Origin: an uncultured Candidatus Saccharibacteria bacterium
Lineage (GTDB): Bacteria; Patescibacteriota; Minisyncoccia; Phycocordibacterales; UBA5272
Length of the DNA stretch: 64,000 nt
Direction: 5' to 3'
Assembly: GCA_964621595.1 (NCBI GenBank)
Contig: CAZUPO010000001.1
Coordinates: 142,758-206,757 of the forward strand
Shown here piece by piece: positions 37,657 to 47,822 of this stretch. The notes beneath the pieces were generated by a model. It was not told where the DNA came from and searched no databases. It saw only the letters and a list, made by a program, of their open reading frames with translations. The position numbers were made by a program, and so were the translations under genes. Numbering within the stretch: the stretch's first letter is position 1; each line of letters opens with the position of its first letter.

Positions 37657-40131
37657 TTAGAGTAAATTAAACGATGCAACTGAATCTCCTTCACGCATCT
37701 TCATGATTCGTACTCCTTGAGTATCGCGACCAAGTGTTGGGATAGATGAAAGTTCTGTCTTAATTACTTGTGATTCCTTTGAAACTGCGAGTAATTCTTC
37801 ATTCTCCGGGGAAACAACTCGCGCGACCATCAACTTACCTGTTTTTTCCGTAATCTTTACCGTTTTGATACCAGATCCACCTCGGTGCTGTGTCTTATAT
37901 TCAGAGAGTTTTGTACGCTTACCATAACCATTTGCTGTTACAACAAGTAATTCGCCAGACTTAATACCCTCAGCAATCTTATCAGCTGCAACAATATAAT
38001 CGCCTTTGTCTAATTTCATACCAATGACACCTGCTGCTGTTCGCCCCATCTCACGAACATCGTTATGGCTAAAACGAATAGACTGACCATTCTGTGTTGT
38101 TAAGATCACATCATCTTTTCCTTGTACAAAGAGTGCTGCAAGGAGTTCATCTTTGTCTTCAAGACGAATAGCGATGAGCCCACTACGACGTACATCTTTG
38201 AAACTCTCCGCGGAGGATTTCTTCACTGTTCCATCCTTTGTGATCATCATAAGCGATACTCCAGAAAGAGCTTTGATGTCCTTTGACATTGGTAAGATAC
38301 TTGTCACCTTCTCACCGTCGGTTAATTGAAGATAATTCATGATACTCTTTCCGCGTGTTGCACGCTTTCCTTCTGGAAGATCATACATCTTGATCTGATA
38401 CGCCTTACCTTTGTCAGTAAAGAAGAGAAGGTCGCTGTGTGATGAAGTCGTGAGTGACATCGTTACAAAGTCTTCTTCTTTAGTATTCATATCAACCACA
38501 CCCACACCTCCACGCTTTTGTGTTCTGAATTCACTTGGATCAGTTCGCTTTACGTATCCACCTGAAGTGTATACAAGTACTTCTTCTTTCTCTGCGATTA
38601 AGTCCTCTGGATTAAATTCCTTCGCGCGATGTTTGACGATCTTGGTACGGCGCTCATCACCATACTTTTCTTTGATGTCTTCAAGTTCTTTCTTGATAAT
38701 CCCCATCATCTTCTTTGGTGAGGCGAGAATAGACTTAAGTTCTGCGATGAGCGCTTGTATTGCTTTCAAATCGTCTTCTATTTTCTTGCGTTCAAGTCCA
38801 GCGAGACGCTGCAATTTCATTTCCAAAATAGCAGTTGCTTGGATCTCAGAGAACTTAAACTTCTTCATGAGTTGCGCGTGAGCATCCGGTGTGTCTTTAC
38901 TCTTCTTGATGGTTTGAATAATCTCATCAATGTGATCGAGGGCTTTTTTGAGACCAAGAAGGATATGCTCTTTCTCGAGAGCGCGCCTTAGGTCAAATTC
39001 TGTACGGCGCTTTACAACATCCTTGCGATGATCGATGAATGACGTGAGGGCGCCTTTAAGTGCGAGAGTCTGTGGAACACCATCAACAAGTGCTACCAGA
39101 TTGTAGTGAAATGTTGACTCTAGTTCTGTATGTTTGTAGAGATAATTGAGAACCTTTTGAGGTTGTGCTCCACTCTTTAAGTCAATTACGACACGAATAT
39201 CCTTGGTCGACTCATCACGAAGTCCTTTGATACCTTCGATTTTTTTATCACGTACGAGATCGGCAATATTTTCAATCAAATTACTCTTAACGACACGAAA
39301 TGGGATAGATGTGATCACAATTTGGAATTGCCCCCCTTTGGTTTCTACTATTTCTGCCTCACCACGAACAACAACCCCACCACGACCAGTTGCGTACGCT
39401 GCACGAATATCTGTCTGCCCAAAAGCAATACCTCCCATAGGGAAATCTGGTCCTTTAATGAAGTCACACAATTCTTCTGTGGTTGCGTTTGGGTTATCAA
39501 TAAGGTGTGCTGTTGCGTCTACAACTTCGTTTAGGTTATGAGGTGGAATATTTGTTGCCATACCCACAGCAATACCGAGCGTACCGTTGAGTAGAAGATT
39601 GGGGACCGCAGTTGGAAGTACACGTGGCTCTCGTTTCGTTCCATCATAGTTTGGCTCCATCTGTACTGTATCTTTTTCAATGTCACGCAAAAGTTCTGTC
39701 GAGAGTTTTGACATCTTTGCTTCTGTATAACGATACGCAGCAGCACCATCACCATCGATTGATCCAAAGTTTCCTTGCCCTAAAATAAGTGGATATCGGT
39801 ATGAAAAATCTTGAGCAGCTTTCACCATTGCGTCATACACTGACGCGTCTCCATGAGGGTGATAGTTACCGAGCACATCTCCTACAATAGTTGCCGACTT
39901 ACGAAATTTAGCACCTGGGGTGAGCCCCATGTTGTTCATGGAGTAGAGGATGCGACGATGTACAGGCTTTAACCCATCGCGTGCATCAGGCAATGCACGA
40001 GAAGTGATAACACTCATCGCATAATCAAGATATGCTTCGCGCATTTCTTGAACAATGTTCACAGGCAGGATAGACACGTGTGAGGCTTGTGCTTCTCCAG
40101 AATCTTCATTTGCGACGGTCTTTTTTGCCAT
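37657..40131 (-). CDS. gyrA: DNA gyrase subunit A
   Basis: 824 aa with a conserved N-terminus (…[12 protein letters not shown]), the active-site Tyr region and C-terminal beta-pinwheel repeats. Confidence 0.97.
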   Translation of the reverse strand: MAKKTVANEDSGEAQASHVSILPVNIVQEMREAYLDYAMSVITSRALPDARDGLKPVHRRILYSMNNMGLTPGAKFRKSATIVGDVLGNYHPHGDASVYDAMVKAAQDFSYRYPLILGQGNFGSIDGDGAAAYRYTEAKMSKLSTELLRDIEKDTVQMEPNYDGTKREPRVLPTAVPNLLLNGTLGIAVGMATNIPPHNLNEVVDATAHLIDNPNATTEELCDFIKGPDFPMGGIAFGQTDIRAAYATGRGGVVVRGEAEIVETKGGQFQIVITSIPFRVVKSNLIENIADLVRDKKIEGIKGLRDESTKDIRVVIDLKSGAQPQKVLNYLYKHTELESTFHYNLVALVDGVPQTLALKGALTSFIDHRKDVVKRRTEFDLRRALEKEHILLGLKKALDHIDEIIQTIKKSKDTPDAHAQLMKKFKFSEIQATAILEMKLQRLAGLERKKIEDDLKAIQALIAELKSILASPKKMMGIIKKELEDIKEKYGDERRTKIVKHRAKEFNPEDLIAEKEEVLVYTSGGYVKRTDPSEFRTQKRGGVGVVDMNTKEEDFVTMSLTTSSHSDLLFFTDKGKAYQIKMYDLPEGKRATRGKSIMNYLQLTDGEKVTSILPMSKDIKALSGVSLMMITKDGTVKKSSAESFKDVRRSGLIAIRLEDKDELLAALFVQGKDDVILTTQNGQSIRFSHNDVREMGRTAAGVIGMKLDKGDYIVAADKIAEGIKSGELLVVTANGYGKRTKLSEYKTQHRGGSGIKTVKITEKTGKLMVARVVSPENEELLAVSKESQVIKTELSSIPTLGRDTQGVRIMKMREGDSVASFNLL

Positions 40132-40231
40132 ATGTTATAAGAGTTTTTTACTAATTACGTATCCCTTTAGTATAGCATAAAAATACCCTGTTTTCAAACT
40201 CTATGTAGGGTTAAACCTAGACGCCAGAAAA

Positions 40232-40579
40232 TTACTCATCAACATGTTCCCCATCTCGAGAATACGATTCTGTGCTTTGAAGAAATGTACTCCCATCCTC
40301 CTTGATGCCTTGCCACTTAGTCGACGCTTCATTAAAAAAACCTCTGAGCATATCACCTGGGGACTCTATTTTATCTACAATTATTTCCTGTGACTCTGTT
40401 TTAGTTTCGTCATCGTGCCAATACCCATAATCAAAATAGAGAATCGCCGCGCCAATAAGCGAAGTAAGCCCCGCGGAGACCACGAAAGCAATCATGTGCT
40501 TCACGTGGAGCGATTGCCTTCGCATGATAGAGAGCCAGTGTCTTAGGCTAAGGTATGTTTTAAACCGATGATGAACCAT
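40232..40579 (-). CDS. hypothetical membrane-anchored protein
   Basis: 115 aa with one TM (MIAFVVSAGLTSLIGAAILYF); the start may be internal. Confidence 0.4.
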   Translation of the reverse strand: MVHHRFKTYLSLRHWLSIMRRQSLHVKHMIAFVVSAGLTSLIGAAILYFDYGYWHDDETKTESQEIIVDKIESPGDMLRGFFNEASTKWQGIKEDGSTFLQSTESYSRDGEHVDE

Positions 40580-40680
40580 GCATGACAGTATACAGGAAAT
40601 GATCAGTAGTTTTTAGGTGACTGGTATGGGGAAGAAAGAAAAAAGTGGAGAAACTGGTAAGTATGGTTATGTTTATGAGC

Positions 40681-40770
40681 GTTATTAGTTATTCGTAACC
40701 TGTCTGCCGACAGGCAGGTTAGTAATTCGTTAGCACTACGACATGCGCTTCGCACGCGTCGTAGTGCTAA
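40681..40770. repeat. intergenic palindromic element, copy B (inverted relative to copy A) plus an adjacent 13-bp-stem hairpin
   Basis: The reverse complement of 40681-40730 equals ACGAATTACT-AACCTGCCTGTCGGCAGACAGGTT-ACGAATAACTAATAAC, matching 23359-23415. A hairpin TTAGCACTACGAC/GTCGTAGTGCTAA follows at 40730-40770. Confidence 0.55.
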
Positions 40771-40805
40771 TACTTTGATTCTAATTAATTACGAGTAACT
40801 TTTTT

Positions 40806-40850
40806 CCCTCTACCACCTAACACCTACAACCTATCACCTATCCACTACAT
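40806..40850 (-). repeat. TAG-heptad tandem array (TAGKKGN x 6 on the minus strand) beginning with the stop codon of the 40845 gene
   Basis: Minus strand reads TAGTGGA TAGGTGA TAGGTTG TAGGTGT TAGGTGG TAGAGGG. Confidence 0.7.
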
Positions 40851-41480
40851 TTCGTGAAAGAGTACAATCTCAGAAACCTTTCCATCTATGTCCTTTTTCT
40901 TGATCGTTAATTTCTCAACAGGTTCTACTTTTTCTGCTCCCGCTTCTTTCAAAAATACCGGCAACGATCGCTCGTCGTAATCCATAGGAATGATCAACTT
41001 TGGCTCAAGAGATACCGCGAGTTTGTGCGCATCGTATGGATTAAGGAGGAACGTGTCAGATCCCACAGGAACAAAGAGTATGTCTGTTTCGTCTATAATT
41101 TCTTTGTGTTCTGGATCAAGCATATGGTTGATTGCACCCAAGAATGTCACACGCATGGAATCAATAGTAAACACATAACTTGTGTTTTGATACTTGTTTT
41201 CCTTCTTTCCTTCTGGGAGAGTTGTCGTGGTACCGAATCCTTTTATAAAAATCTCTTTTACTTCGTATTCACCAGGTGATGAGATGACGAATGGTACTTT
41301 TTCTCCATGTTCAGTCTGCTCACTACCATTATAGTCTGGGTGATTAGTTGTGATGAGCGTAATGTCTGCACCGTATTTTGCAACCTTACCTTTCCCCTCC
41401 TTAGACACTGGATTGATCGCAACCGTGAGATCCCCGACTTGAAGTTTAAAATGTTGTCGCCCGAAATTAGTGATAATCAT
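40845..41480 (-). CDS. MBL-fold metal-dependent hydrolase (UPF0173-like)
   Basis: Start set at MIITNFGRQHFKLQVGDLTVAINP (ATG at 41480). His/Asp metal motifs (ITTNHPDYNG, HGEK...). The track ORF runs on to 41756 through GC-rich noncoding sequence. A TATTAT -10-like box lies just upstream. Confidence 0.7.
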   Translation of the reverse strand: MIITNFGRQHFKLQVGDLTVAINPVSKEGKGKVAKYGADITLITTNHPDYNGSEQTEHGEKVPFVISSPGEYEVKEIFIKGFGTTTTLPEGKKENKYQNTSYVFTIDSMRVTFLGAINHMLDPEHKEIIDETDILFVPVGSDTFLLNPYDAHKLAVSLEPKLIIPMDYDERSLPVFLKEAGAEKVEPVEKLTIKKKDIDGKVSEIVLFHEM

Positions 41481-41504
41481 GCGAAAAATAATACCAGATT
41501 TTTG

Positions 41505-41770
41505 AGAATTAAAAAAGCCCCGCGAGAACTTCGATAAAGAGGTGACTCTGTATACGACTACAGAAACATCTTTTAGAGCGGAGTCTGCGAGACAGTGTGT
41601 GGTGGTCTCTCCCCAACGAACCCGGAGGTTCGCTGGGGAGGAACACCTGGTGCTATACAACTCGGCACGGCGATGATTGGGATCACCTGTCATCGAGGGC
41701 GTGAGCCTCAGTCCGCGGGAGTATTGTTCCCGCAAACCCTTGCCTAGATCAATCACACCAGACCAACCAA
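41505..41770. ncRNA. GC-rich structured noncoding segment; candidate ncRNA, strand and identity unresolved
   Basis: About 260 nt at roughly 58% GC with no credible ORF. A near-perfect 13-bp hairpin CTCCCCAACGAACC-CGGA-GGTTCGCTGGGGAG sits at about 41608-41640, with a further hairpin GCGGGAG..TCCCGC. The minus-strand version ends in GCGGGGCTTTTTT at about 41510. Confidence 0.3.
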
Positions 41771-41961
41771 CCAGAATCGTACCATATTAGTTGCTTTTTA
41801 TGCAAAAATCGGGTAGTATCATCATATCCACATTAATAAGTAATGTTGGCGGAAATAACCCTTGCTACCACCGGATTAGAGCGTGTACAGTAAAACTAAA
41901 CACTCTATAGTCCGGTCGCAAGACACCGCAAACACTGGGGTATGGTATATGTCCACCTCGT

Positions 41962-43047
41962 GTGGACCATTTTATTTTTATGACAATTACACAACAAGTA
42001 GCACCGTTTGCAGAAGGTGCAGTCTTCTTCAAAGAAGACGACATCATCGAAGGTATTGTTGTTGCCATTGAAAAGGCAGCACTCTACGTAGACTTAGGTG
42101 GTCGTGGTACCGGTATCATCTATGGTATCGAGTTCATGAACGCACGTGATGTTATCAAGCGTATTAATATTGGAGACACAATCTCAGCAAAGGTTGTACT
42201 CCGTGAAAATAAAGACGGCTATACAGAACTTTCTCTCAAGGAAGCTCGTCAGGCGCTCATGTGGAATGACGCAGAACAAGCAATCAAAGAAAAGAGAGTT
42301 ATGGATCTTGTCGTTAAGGATGCAAACAAGGGTGGTCTTATTATCGAGTGGCAAGGTATTGGAGGATTCCTTCCAGCATCTCAATTGAAAGAAGAAAACT
42401 ATCCACGTATCGAGGATGGTGACAAGGATAAAATCCTTCGTGAACTCAAGAAACTTATCGGTAAGCGTATTTCAGTAAGTATCATTTCTGCAATTCCAAA
42501 GGAAGGTAAGCTTATCTTCTCAGAAAAAGATAGTGGTGCTAAGGAAACAAAAGAAATCGCTGCGGCAAACTACATTCTCGGTGATGTTGTTGAAGGAACT
42601 GTTACCGGTGTTGTTGATTTCGGAATCTTTATCAAACTCGAAGACGGTGTTGAAGGACTCGTTCATAAGAGTGAAATTGACTGGGGTCTTGTTGAGGATA
42701 CCAAGGCACACGCTCGTGTAGGAGACAAGGTAAAGGCTAAGATCATCGAGATCAAGGATAGTAAGATTTCTCTATCTCTTAAGGCTCTTAAAGAGAACCC
42801 TTGGAAGGAGGCTGCGAAGAAATACAAGAAGGGTGACAAGGTTGACGGTGTTGTTATCAAGTTCAACAAGCACGGCGCACTTGTATCTATCGAGGAAGGT
42901 GTAGCGGGTCTTGTTCATATCTCTGAATTTGGAGATGAAGCAAAATTGCGCGAAGCATTAACCCTTGGAAAGAGTTACAAGTTTGCAATCACACTCTTTG
43001 ACGGATCTGAGGAAAGAATGACTCTTGCTTTCGACGGAAAGAAATAA
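41962..43047 (+). CDS. rpsA: 30S ribosomal protein S1 (short, four S1 domains)
   Basis: Repeated S1 OB-fold units (GDVVEGTVTGVVDFGIFIKLEDGVEGLVHKSEI and others). The start may be at 41980 (MTITQQ...). Confidence 0.8.
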   Translation: MDHFIFMTITQQVAPFAEGAVFFKEDDIIEGIVVAIEKAALYVDLGGRGTGIIYGIEFMNARDVIKRINIGDTISAKVVLRENKDGYTELSLKEARQALMWNDAEQAIKEKRVMDLVVKDANKGGLIIEWQGIGGFLPASQLKEENYPRIEDGDKDKILRELKKLIGKRISVSIISAIPKEGKLIFSEKDSGAKETKEIAAANYILGDVVEGTVTGVVDFGIFIKLEDGVEGLVHKSEIDWGLVEDTKAHARVGDKVKAKIIEIKDSKISLSLKALKENPWKEAAKKYKKGDKVDGVVIKFNKHGALVSIEEGVAGLVHISEFGDEAKLREALTLGKSYKFAITLFDGSEERMTLAFDGKK

Positions 43048-43067
43048 AAAGAATCATCTATATAACA

Positions 43068-43100
43068 AAAACCAGTGCCACATGTGGCACTGGTTTTTGT
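43068..43100. terminator. intrinsic terminator (perfect palindrome CCAGTGCCACATGTGGCACTGG) flanked by A- and T-runs
   Basis: AAAAACCAGTGCCACATGTGGCACTGGTTTTTGTT lies directly after the rpsA stop. Confidence 0.75.
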
Positions 43101-43125
43101 TAGTACACACATACACGTAAAGATC

Positions 43126-43377
43126 CTACTGTAGCACCCTGGGTATCTTCTCACCCTTGTCACGAAGAGGTCCGATGATGAAGTACTCATCCCCTACCCG
43201 AATCGTCCCGTGCGCGATTACATCTCGATCATCAACACTACTTACAAAATAATCTGTATCTCCAACTGGTCTGCGCAATGATCCAGGAGCAACTGGTGGC
43301 CTCTCTGTGAGGATTGCTTCTTTTGCGAGATCTTGGATACGTTGTGAGAGTCTGATCTCTGGTGAAAATTCCTTCAT
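43126..43377 (-). CDS. small hypothetical protein (possible PRC-barrel-like)
   Basis: 83 aa; GTIRVGDEYFIIGPL-type motif; weak call. Confidence 0.35.
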   Translation of the reverse strand: MKEFSPEIRLSQRIQDLAKEAILTERPPVAPGSLRRPVGDTDYFVSSVDDRDVIAHGTIRVGDEYFIIGPLRDKGEKIPRVLQ

Positions 43378-43390
43378 ACTATAGAGTATA

Positions 43391-44368
43391 TCAAGATACG
43401 GTTAATGATCTATACAACTGTTCAACTGTCTCCTTGAGAGCTTGTAATTCCTTATCTTTTGATTCTCGTATTGTTGTGGTACCTTCGTATGCAAGAAGTG
43501 ATCCATCTACATGCTCGGATTCGTCTATATCTTTTGGCGAATGAACAGTTTTACCAAAATCAATGACAAATACCTCACCAGTGTTGTCGATCATAATATT
43601 TCCTGGATGAATATCGCCATGGATAATTTCTTGTTCTGTGTGCATTTTTGTAAAAAACGTTTCAAGTGTTGCCAAAAGATTTTCTTGGCCAATAGTATGC
43701 AACATCTCGACTAAGCGTTGACGATCCTCAAAAGAAAGACCCTGTTTCTTTTCGATGATATCTTTAAAGGAAGCACCTTTGACTCGCTCCATTGCAATGA
43801 AGTATGGTGGTGTGTCGGTACGAAATGCATAAAGATACGGAACTTGCACAAACTCATGTGAAAAACCATGCAATTGTTCCAAGAAGCCAACTTCTTTTTT
43901 TACAGCATCACGATGTTGTTTTATGTTATCTTGCTCAAAAGGAAACTTAAGCGCTACTGAAGAAGTCTCTGGGTCTTCTGTTACTTGCGCATACTTACCT
44001 GCACCAAGTTCCACAAAATTACCCCTGTCTCCTGTCAAAACTATCAGCGTTTCTAAAATCCGATCTTTCACCGCTTGCGGTAAAGACATATACTCGATAT
44101 CTCCAATAATACTTTGTCGTTTTCGTTTTTCTATAACTTCCCCAAGTTTCTTACCTTTTTCTTCAACTGACAATCCTTTCTCCTCGTTGTTGAAACGAGC
44201 AACCCAGAACTTAACAAGATCAACTGGCAATTCTCTAAACAATACCTCCAACTCTTCGTGCCCCTCATCTAGTTCTGTGAGCGCACGCTGTAGTGCATCT
44301 TCTTCGGAGGAGACCTGCTCTACTATTGTCTCGTTCGTTGGTACTGGTGGCCTTGATCCTAGGTACAT
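43391..44368 (-). CDS. protein kinase-like (atypical kinase / phosphotransferase fold) protein
   Basis: Catalytic loop IIHGDIHPGNIMID followed by VIDFGK (DFG). There is no canonical Gly-rich loop, but a Lys-containing region lies upstream. Confidence 0.6.
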   Translation of the reverse strand: MYLGSRPPVPTNETIVEQVSSEEDALQRALTELDEGHEELEVLFRELPVDLVKFWVARFNNEEKGLSVEEKGKKLGEVIEKRKRQSIIGDIEYMSLPQAVKDRILETLIVLTGDRGNFVELGAGKYAQVTEDPETSSVALKFPFEQDNIKQHRDAVKKEVGFLEQLHGFSHEFVQVPYLYAFRTDTPPYFIAMERVKGASFKDIIEKKQGLSFEDRQRLVEMLHTIGQENLLATLETFFTKMHTEQEIIHGDIHPGNIMIDNTGEVFVIDFGKTVHSPKDIDESEHVDGSLLAYEGTTTIRESKDKELQALKETVEQLYRSLTVS

Positions 44369-44371
44369 AAC

Positions 44372-44911
44372 TTATGACTTTGCATTATATAGTTCCATCG
44401 CTTTTTTATATCCATCGTGTACGAGCGTAGATATTGCACCTAGTAACATCGGAGCAAGTGTCCTTAATGCAACTTGCTCTTCGTCTGTTAGAATGCCAAG
44501 TACATATTTCTGCACATCCTCGCCGTGTGGCGGAATGATTTCCTTTCCATCGGTTTCTTTTGGTGCAATACCAACGCGTATGCGAGTAAATTCAGTTGTC
44601 CCAAGAGATTCAATCACACTTTTGACACCGTTATGTCCTCCATCGCCCCTGTCGTGCGCAATACGCAAACGACCAAACGGAATATCTTTGTCATCGTAGA
44701 TAAGGACAATATCTCTGTCTTCATGATAGCGCAGATATTCTGCGACTTCTCTACCGCTTTCATTCATAAAACTCTTAGGAGTAAATATCTCCACTCCTTC
44801 CATCTTTCGTATCTCTTCTTCAACAAGAGTAAGAGCAACTCGTCCCGCGTTGTGACGAGTGTGTGCATATTTTTCTCCTGGATTACCAAGTGGGACAAGC
44901 GTATATATCAT
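44372..44911 (-). CDS. pth: peptidyl-tRNA hydrolase
   Basis: Product MIYTLVPLGNPGEKYAHTRHNAGRVAL carries the Pth signature. The first ATG is at 44911; the track start at 44932 is a TTG. Confidence 0.9.
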   Translation of the reverse strand: MIYTLVPLGNPGEKYAHTRHNAGRVALTLVEEEIRKMEGVEIFTPKSFMNESGREVAEYLRYHEDRDIVLIYDDKDIPFGRLRIAHDRGDGGHNGVKSVIESLGTTEFTRIRVGIAPKETDGKEIIPPHGEDVQKYVLGILTDEEQVALRTLAPMLLGAISTLVHDGYKKAMELYNAKS

Positions 44912-44969
44912 TGTTGTGAGCCAGTATATCAAATACTAAACAACTCGCTGCGAATAATCATCTCAAAAG

Positions 44970-45737
44970 TTGCGCGCTTCCTTACCAATCTATATACTAC
45001 AAATCACAATGTTTTCTTCTTTGACTACCGAACTCCTGATCTCATTTGCAGATGTTCTCCAAAATCCAGTCTCTACGACAATATTTGGAATCATACTTCT
45101 TCTTGTCGTCTTACTTATCCTTGCAATATTCTCTTCAGGGTGGAGAGATCGTCTCATTGCCATAAAACTCCTTGAGGAAGATGAATCCCCTCTGTCGCTA
45201 CTTGTATGGATTATTTCCATTGTCATTGTAGTAAAAATCATTCAAGCCTTTATAATTCAGCCATTTATTGTTGATGGTGGATCCATGCTTCCTACCTATC
45301 ACACGAAAGATTTTCTTATCGTTGATAAATTAAGTTATGCGGTTGGAGAACCTCATCGTGGAGATATTATGATTTTCAAACTATACGAAAATAAAAATAA
45401 TCCATATGAAGGAAAGCACCTTATCAAGCGTTTGATTGGATTACCGGGAGAACGTGTTGTTGTTCAAAATGGTGTCACTACTATTTATAATAAAGAAAAT
45501 CCTGAAGGATTCACTCTTGATGAATCCTACGTGGAATTCAAAGAGTACCGAAAAAATGTTGATCTAACCCTCGATGAAAACCATTATTTTGTCATGGGTG
45601 ATAACCGTGCACAAAGTTACGATAGTCGTGACTGGGGACCACTTGATAAAGATAATGTGAAAGGTCAAGTACTGCTTCGCGTTTATCCATTTAAGTCCGC
45701 TGCTTACGAACCAGGGCAATACATGTATACTAAGTAA
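44970..45737 (+). CDS. lepB: signal peptidase I
   Basis: S26 motifs (GGSMLPT, box D/E GDNRAQSYDSRDWGP) and an N-terminal TM. Confidence 0.85.
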   Translation: MRASLPIYILQITMFSSLTTELLISFADVLQNPVSTTIFGIILLLVVLLILAIFSSGWRDRLIAIKLLEEDESPLSLLVWIISIVIVVKIIQAFIIQPFIVDGGSMLPTYHTKDFLIVDKLSYAVGEPHRGDIMIFKLYENKNNPYEGKHLIKRLIGLPGERVVVQNGVTTIYNKENPEGFTLDESYVEFKEYRKNVDLTLDENHYFVMGDNRAQSYDSRDWGPLDKDNVKGQVLLRVYPFKSAAYEPGQYMYTK

Positions 45738-45758
45738 CAACACCACAAGAACAAACGT

Positions 45759-47066
45759 ATGAGCGACACACTAAAAAAAGATAAGAAAGAAGCACCACAA
45801 TCATTGAAGGGAATGCATGATCTTCTTGGCGATGATTACTACGCGTACCAAGGTCTTTTTGAAAAGGCACAAGAAATTGCCGTGTATTATGGTTTCAAAC
45901 CACTTGAAACGCCAGTTCTTGAACGAGAAGAGGTCTTCGTCTCTGCTATCGGAGAAGGAACTGATGTCGTTGATAAAGAAATGTATACCTTTCGAACAAA
46001 AGGCGGTGAACGTATTGCGGTGCGACCAGAATATACGGCGTCAGTAATGCGATCATATCTCGAACATGGCATGCAGAATCTCCCTCAACCTGTCATGCTC
46101 TACTCATACGGACCAATTTTCCGCCATGAGAATCCACAAAAAGGTCGTCTTCGTCAATTTAGACAATTCAACTTGGAAATTATTGGAACACAGAAGTCTA
46201 TTGCGGATGCCCTCATCATACGTACTCTCACCACTATTCTTGAAGAATATGGTTTCAAAGATTTAATTGTTGATATTAACTCGATGGGTGACAAGGAGAC
46301 TCGCCCAACATTTGTACGTGAACTTACTAACTACTACAAAAAGCATGTAACCTCTCTCTGCAAGGATTGTCACGAAAGAATCAAGACCAACCCCCTTCGC
46401 CTTCTTGATTGCAAGCAACCAGAGTGTCAGCCGTTTAAAGATAATGCTCCTTCTTCACTTTCATACCTTTCTAACGATGCGCGCAACCACTTCAAAGAAG
46501 TCCTCCAGTACCTTGAAGAAATGGGCATCCAGTACCGTGTAAATAATTCTCTCGTTCGAGGCTTGGATTACTACTCACGTACGGTGTTTGAAGTGATTAA
46601 GGTTGACACTGACGAAAATGGAAAGGAGCGAGAAATAACTATAACCGGTGGCGGACGTTATGACTACCTTGCAAAGATGATGGGTAGTAAAAAAGATGTC
46701 CCTTCTGTCGGTACTGCACTTGGTATGGAACGCATCATGATGTTCCCTGAATGCAAGCGTCTCTCTCCACGCATCATGAAGCCACCCAAAGTGTATTTCA
46801 TCCAACTTGGATTCGAAGCAAAACTAAAAAGCCTCTGTATCATGGAAACGCTTCGTAAAGCACGTGTTCCTATATACCAATCACTTTCGAAGGATTCACT
46901 CTCTGTACAACTTGGTCTTGCAGAAAAAATGGAAATACCTTACTGCATTATCTTTGGTCAAAAAGAAGCGATGGACAACACGGTGATCGTTCGTAACATG
47001 TCTAACCACTCACAAGACACGGTCAAAATCGACGCCCTCTCCGATTATTTGAAGCATTTGAAATAG
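45759..47066 (+). CDS. hisS: histidyl-tRNA synthetase
   Basis: Class II motifs and the HisRS motifs (…FRHENPQKGRLRQF…), with a C-terminal anticodon-binding domain. Confidence 0.95.
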   Translation: MSDTLKKDKKEAPQSLKGMHDLLGDDYYAYQGLFEKAQEIAVYYGFKPLETPVLEREEVFVSAIGEGTDVVDKEMYTFRTKGGERIAVRPEYTASVMRSYLEHGMQNLPQPVMLYSYGPIFRHENPQKGRLRQFRQFNLEIIGTQKSIADALIIRTLTTILEEYGFKDLIVDINSMGDKETRPTFVRELTNYYKKHVTSLCKDCHERIKTNPLRLLDCKQPECQPFKDNAPSSLSYLSNDARNHFKEVLQYLEEMGIQYRVNNSLVRGLDYYSRTVFEVIKVDTDENGKEREITITGGGRYDYLAKMMGSKKDVPSVGTALGMERIMMFPECKRLSPRIMKPPKVYFIQLGFEAKLKSLCIMETLRKARVPIYQSLSKDSLSVQLGLAEKMEIPYCIIFGQKEAMDNTVIVRNMSNHSQDTVKIDALSDYLKHLK

Positions 47067-47155
47067 CATTTCTTTTGCGTTAGACTCTACTTCAGAACGA
47101 GATAGACTCTACGAATATCCCGCAGTACAACCAGACTTTCAGAAGGGAGTGCGCC

Positions 47156-47671
47156 ATGATGGTCCCGGTCAACCCTATCCCCTTGGGGAGAGGGCTCTTG
47201 TTCCAAGTCTGCCTCCTCCACTGGGTGCGCGAGCGCTCGGTGGTAGGAAAGTTCGTGTTCGCAAGGACAAGCGATCACTACATCAGCCTCAGCGTGATCG
47301 AGAAGATCGATGTGAAGCGTAATTGGATCGGATTCCGCGCTTTCGCCAGTGCGTCGCAGACTTCCTCTGGAGGGTTCTCCGCGGAAGTAACCACACGAGG
47401 GACGCCTCCGTTGCAGCACCTTCTCCGGAGGAAACCCACGAGGAAACTCTACGGTGCGACTGGCACCCGTTCCTTCGTGATCAACTGCTATAAGCCGGGA
47501 CGAAACGAGGATCCGCTGGAAACCTTCTGCAAGGTAATTGCCGGCTACGAGTGGCTTCCGAAGAACTACCGGAAATCCCTCATCGAGGACATGCCTCTTT
47601 ACCTTAAGAGGTGCGCGGACCACATCAAGCGCACCGGCCCGAAGAAGGAACGCTCGAGAAGGAAGTCCTGA
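47156..47671 (+). CDS. GC-rich hypothetical basic protein (171 aa)
   Basis: AAGGGAG ribosome-binding site 7 nt before ATG, GC3-rich codons and its own terminator. The fully overlapping antisense ORF 47087-47752 was rejected. Confidence 0.5.
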   Translation: MMVPVNPIPLGRGLLFQVCLLHWVRERSVVGKFVFARTSDHYISLSVIEKIDVKRNWIGFRAFASASQTSSGGFSAEVTTRGTPPLQHLLRRKPTRKLYGATGTRSFVINCYKPGRNEDPLETFCKVIAGYEWLPKNYRKSLIEDMPLYLKRCADHIKRTGPKKERSRRKS

Positions 47672-47687
47672 GGCGATCGGCACAAAT

Positions 47688-47745
47688 CGGCCGCGGAGCA
47701 ACAACAACGTGATGTTGAAGTTGCCCCGCGGCCGGCTGTTTTTAT
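47688..47745 (+). terminator. intrinsic terminator CGGCCGCGG...CCGCGGCCG followed by GCTGTTTTTAT
   Basis: 9-bp GC stem with an internal substructure, then a T-run. Confidence 0.7.
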
Positions 47746-47822
47746 ATAGCAAACTATCTACAAGATAAGGCCCCTACTCCATTGCTGTTAATCGTAGAGA
47801 CCCTTTTCTTTTTATTATTTTT

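Noticed and set aside
47087-47752. 221-aa minus-strand ORF overlapping the 171-aa plus-strand gene.
   Set aside because: It is antisense to an ORF that has a clear SD and terminator. Its translation is Arg/Leu-rich and typical of GC-rich antisense frames.
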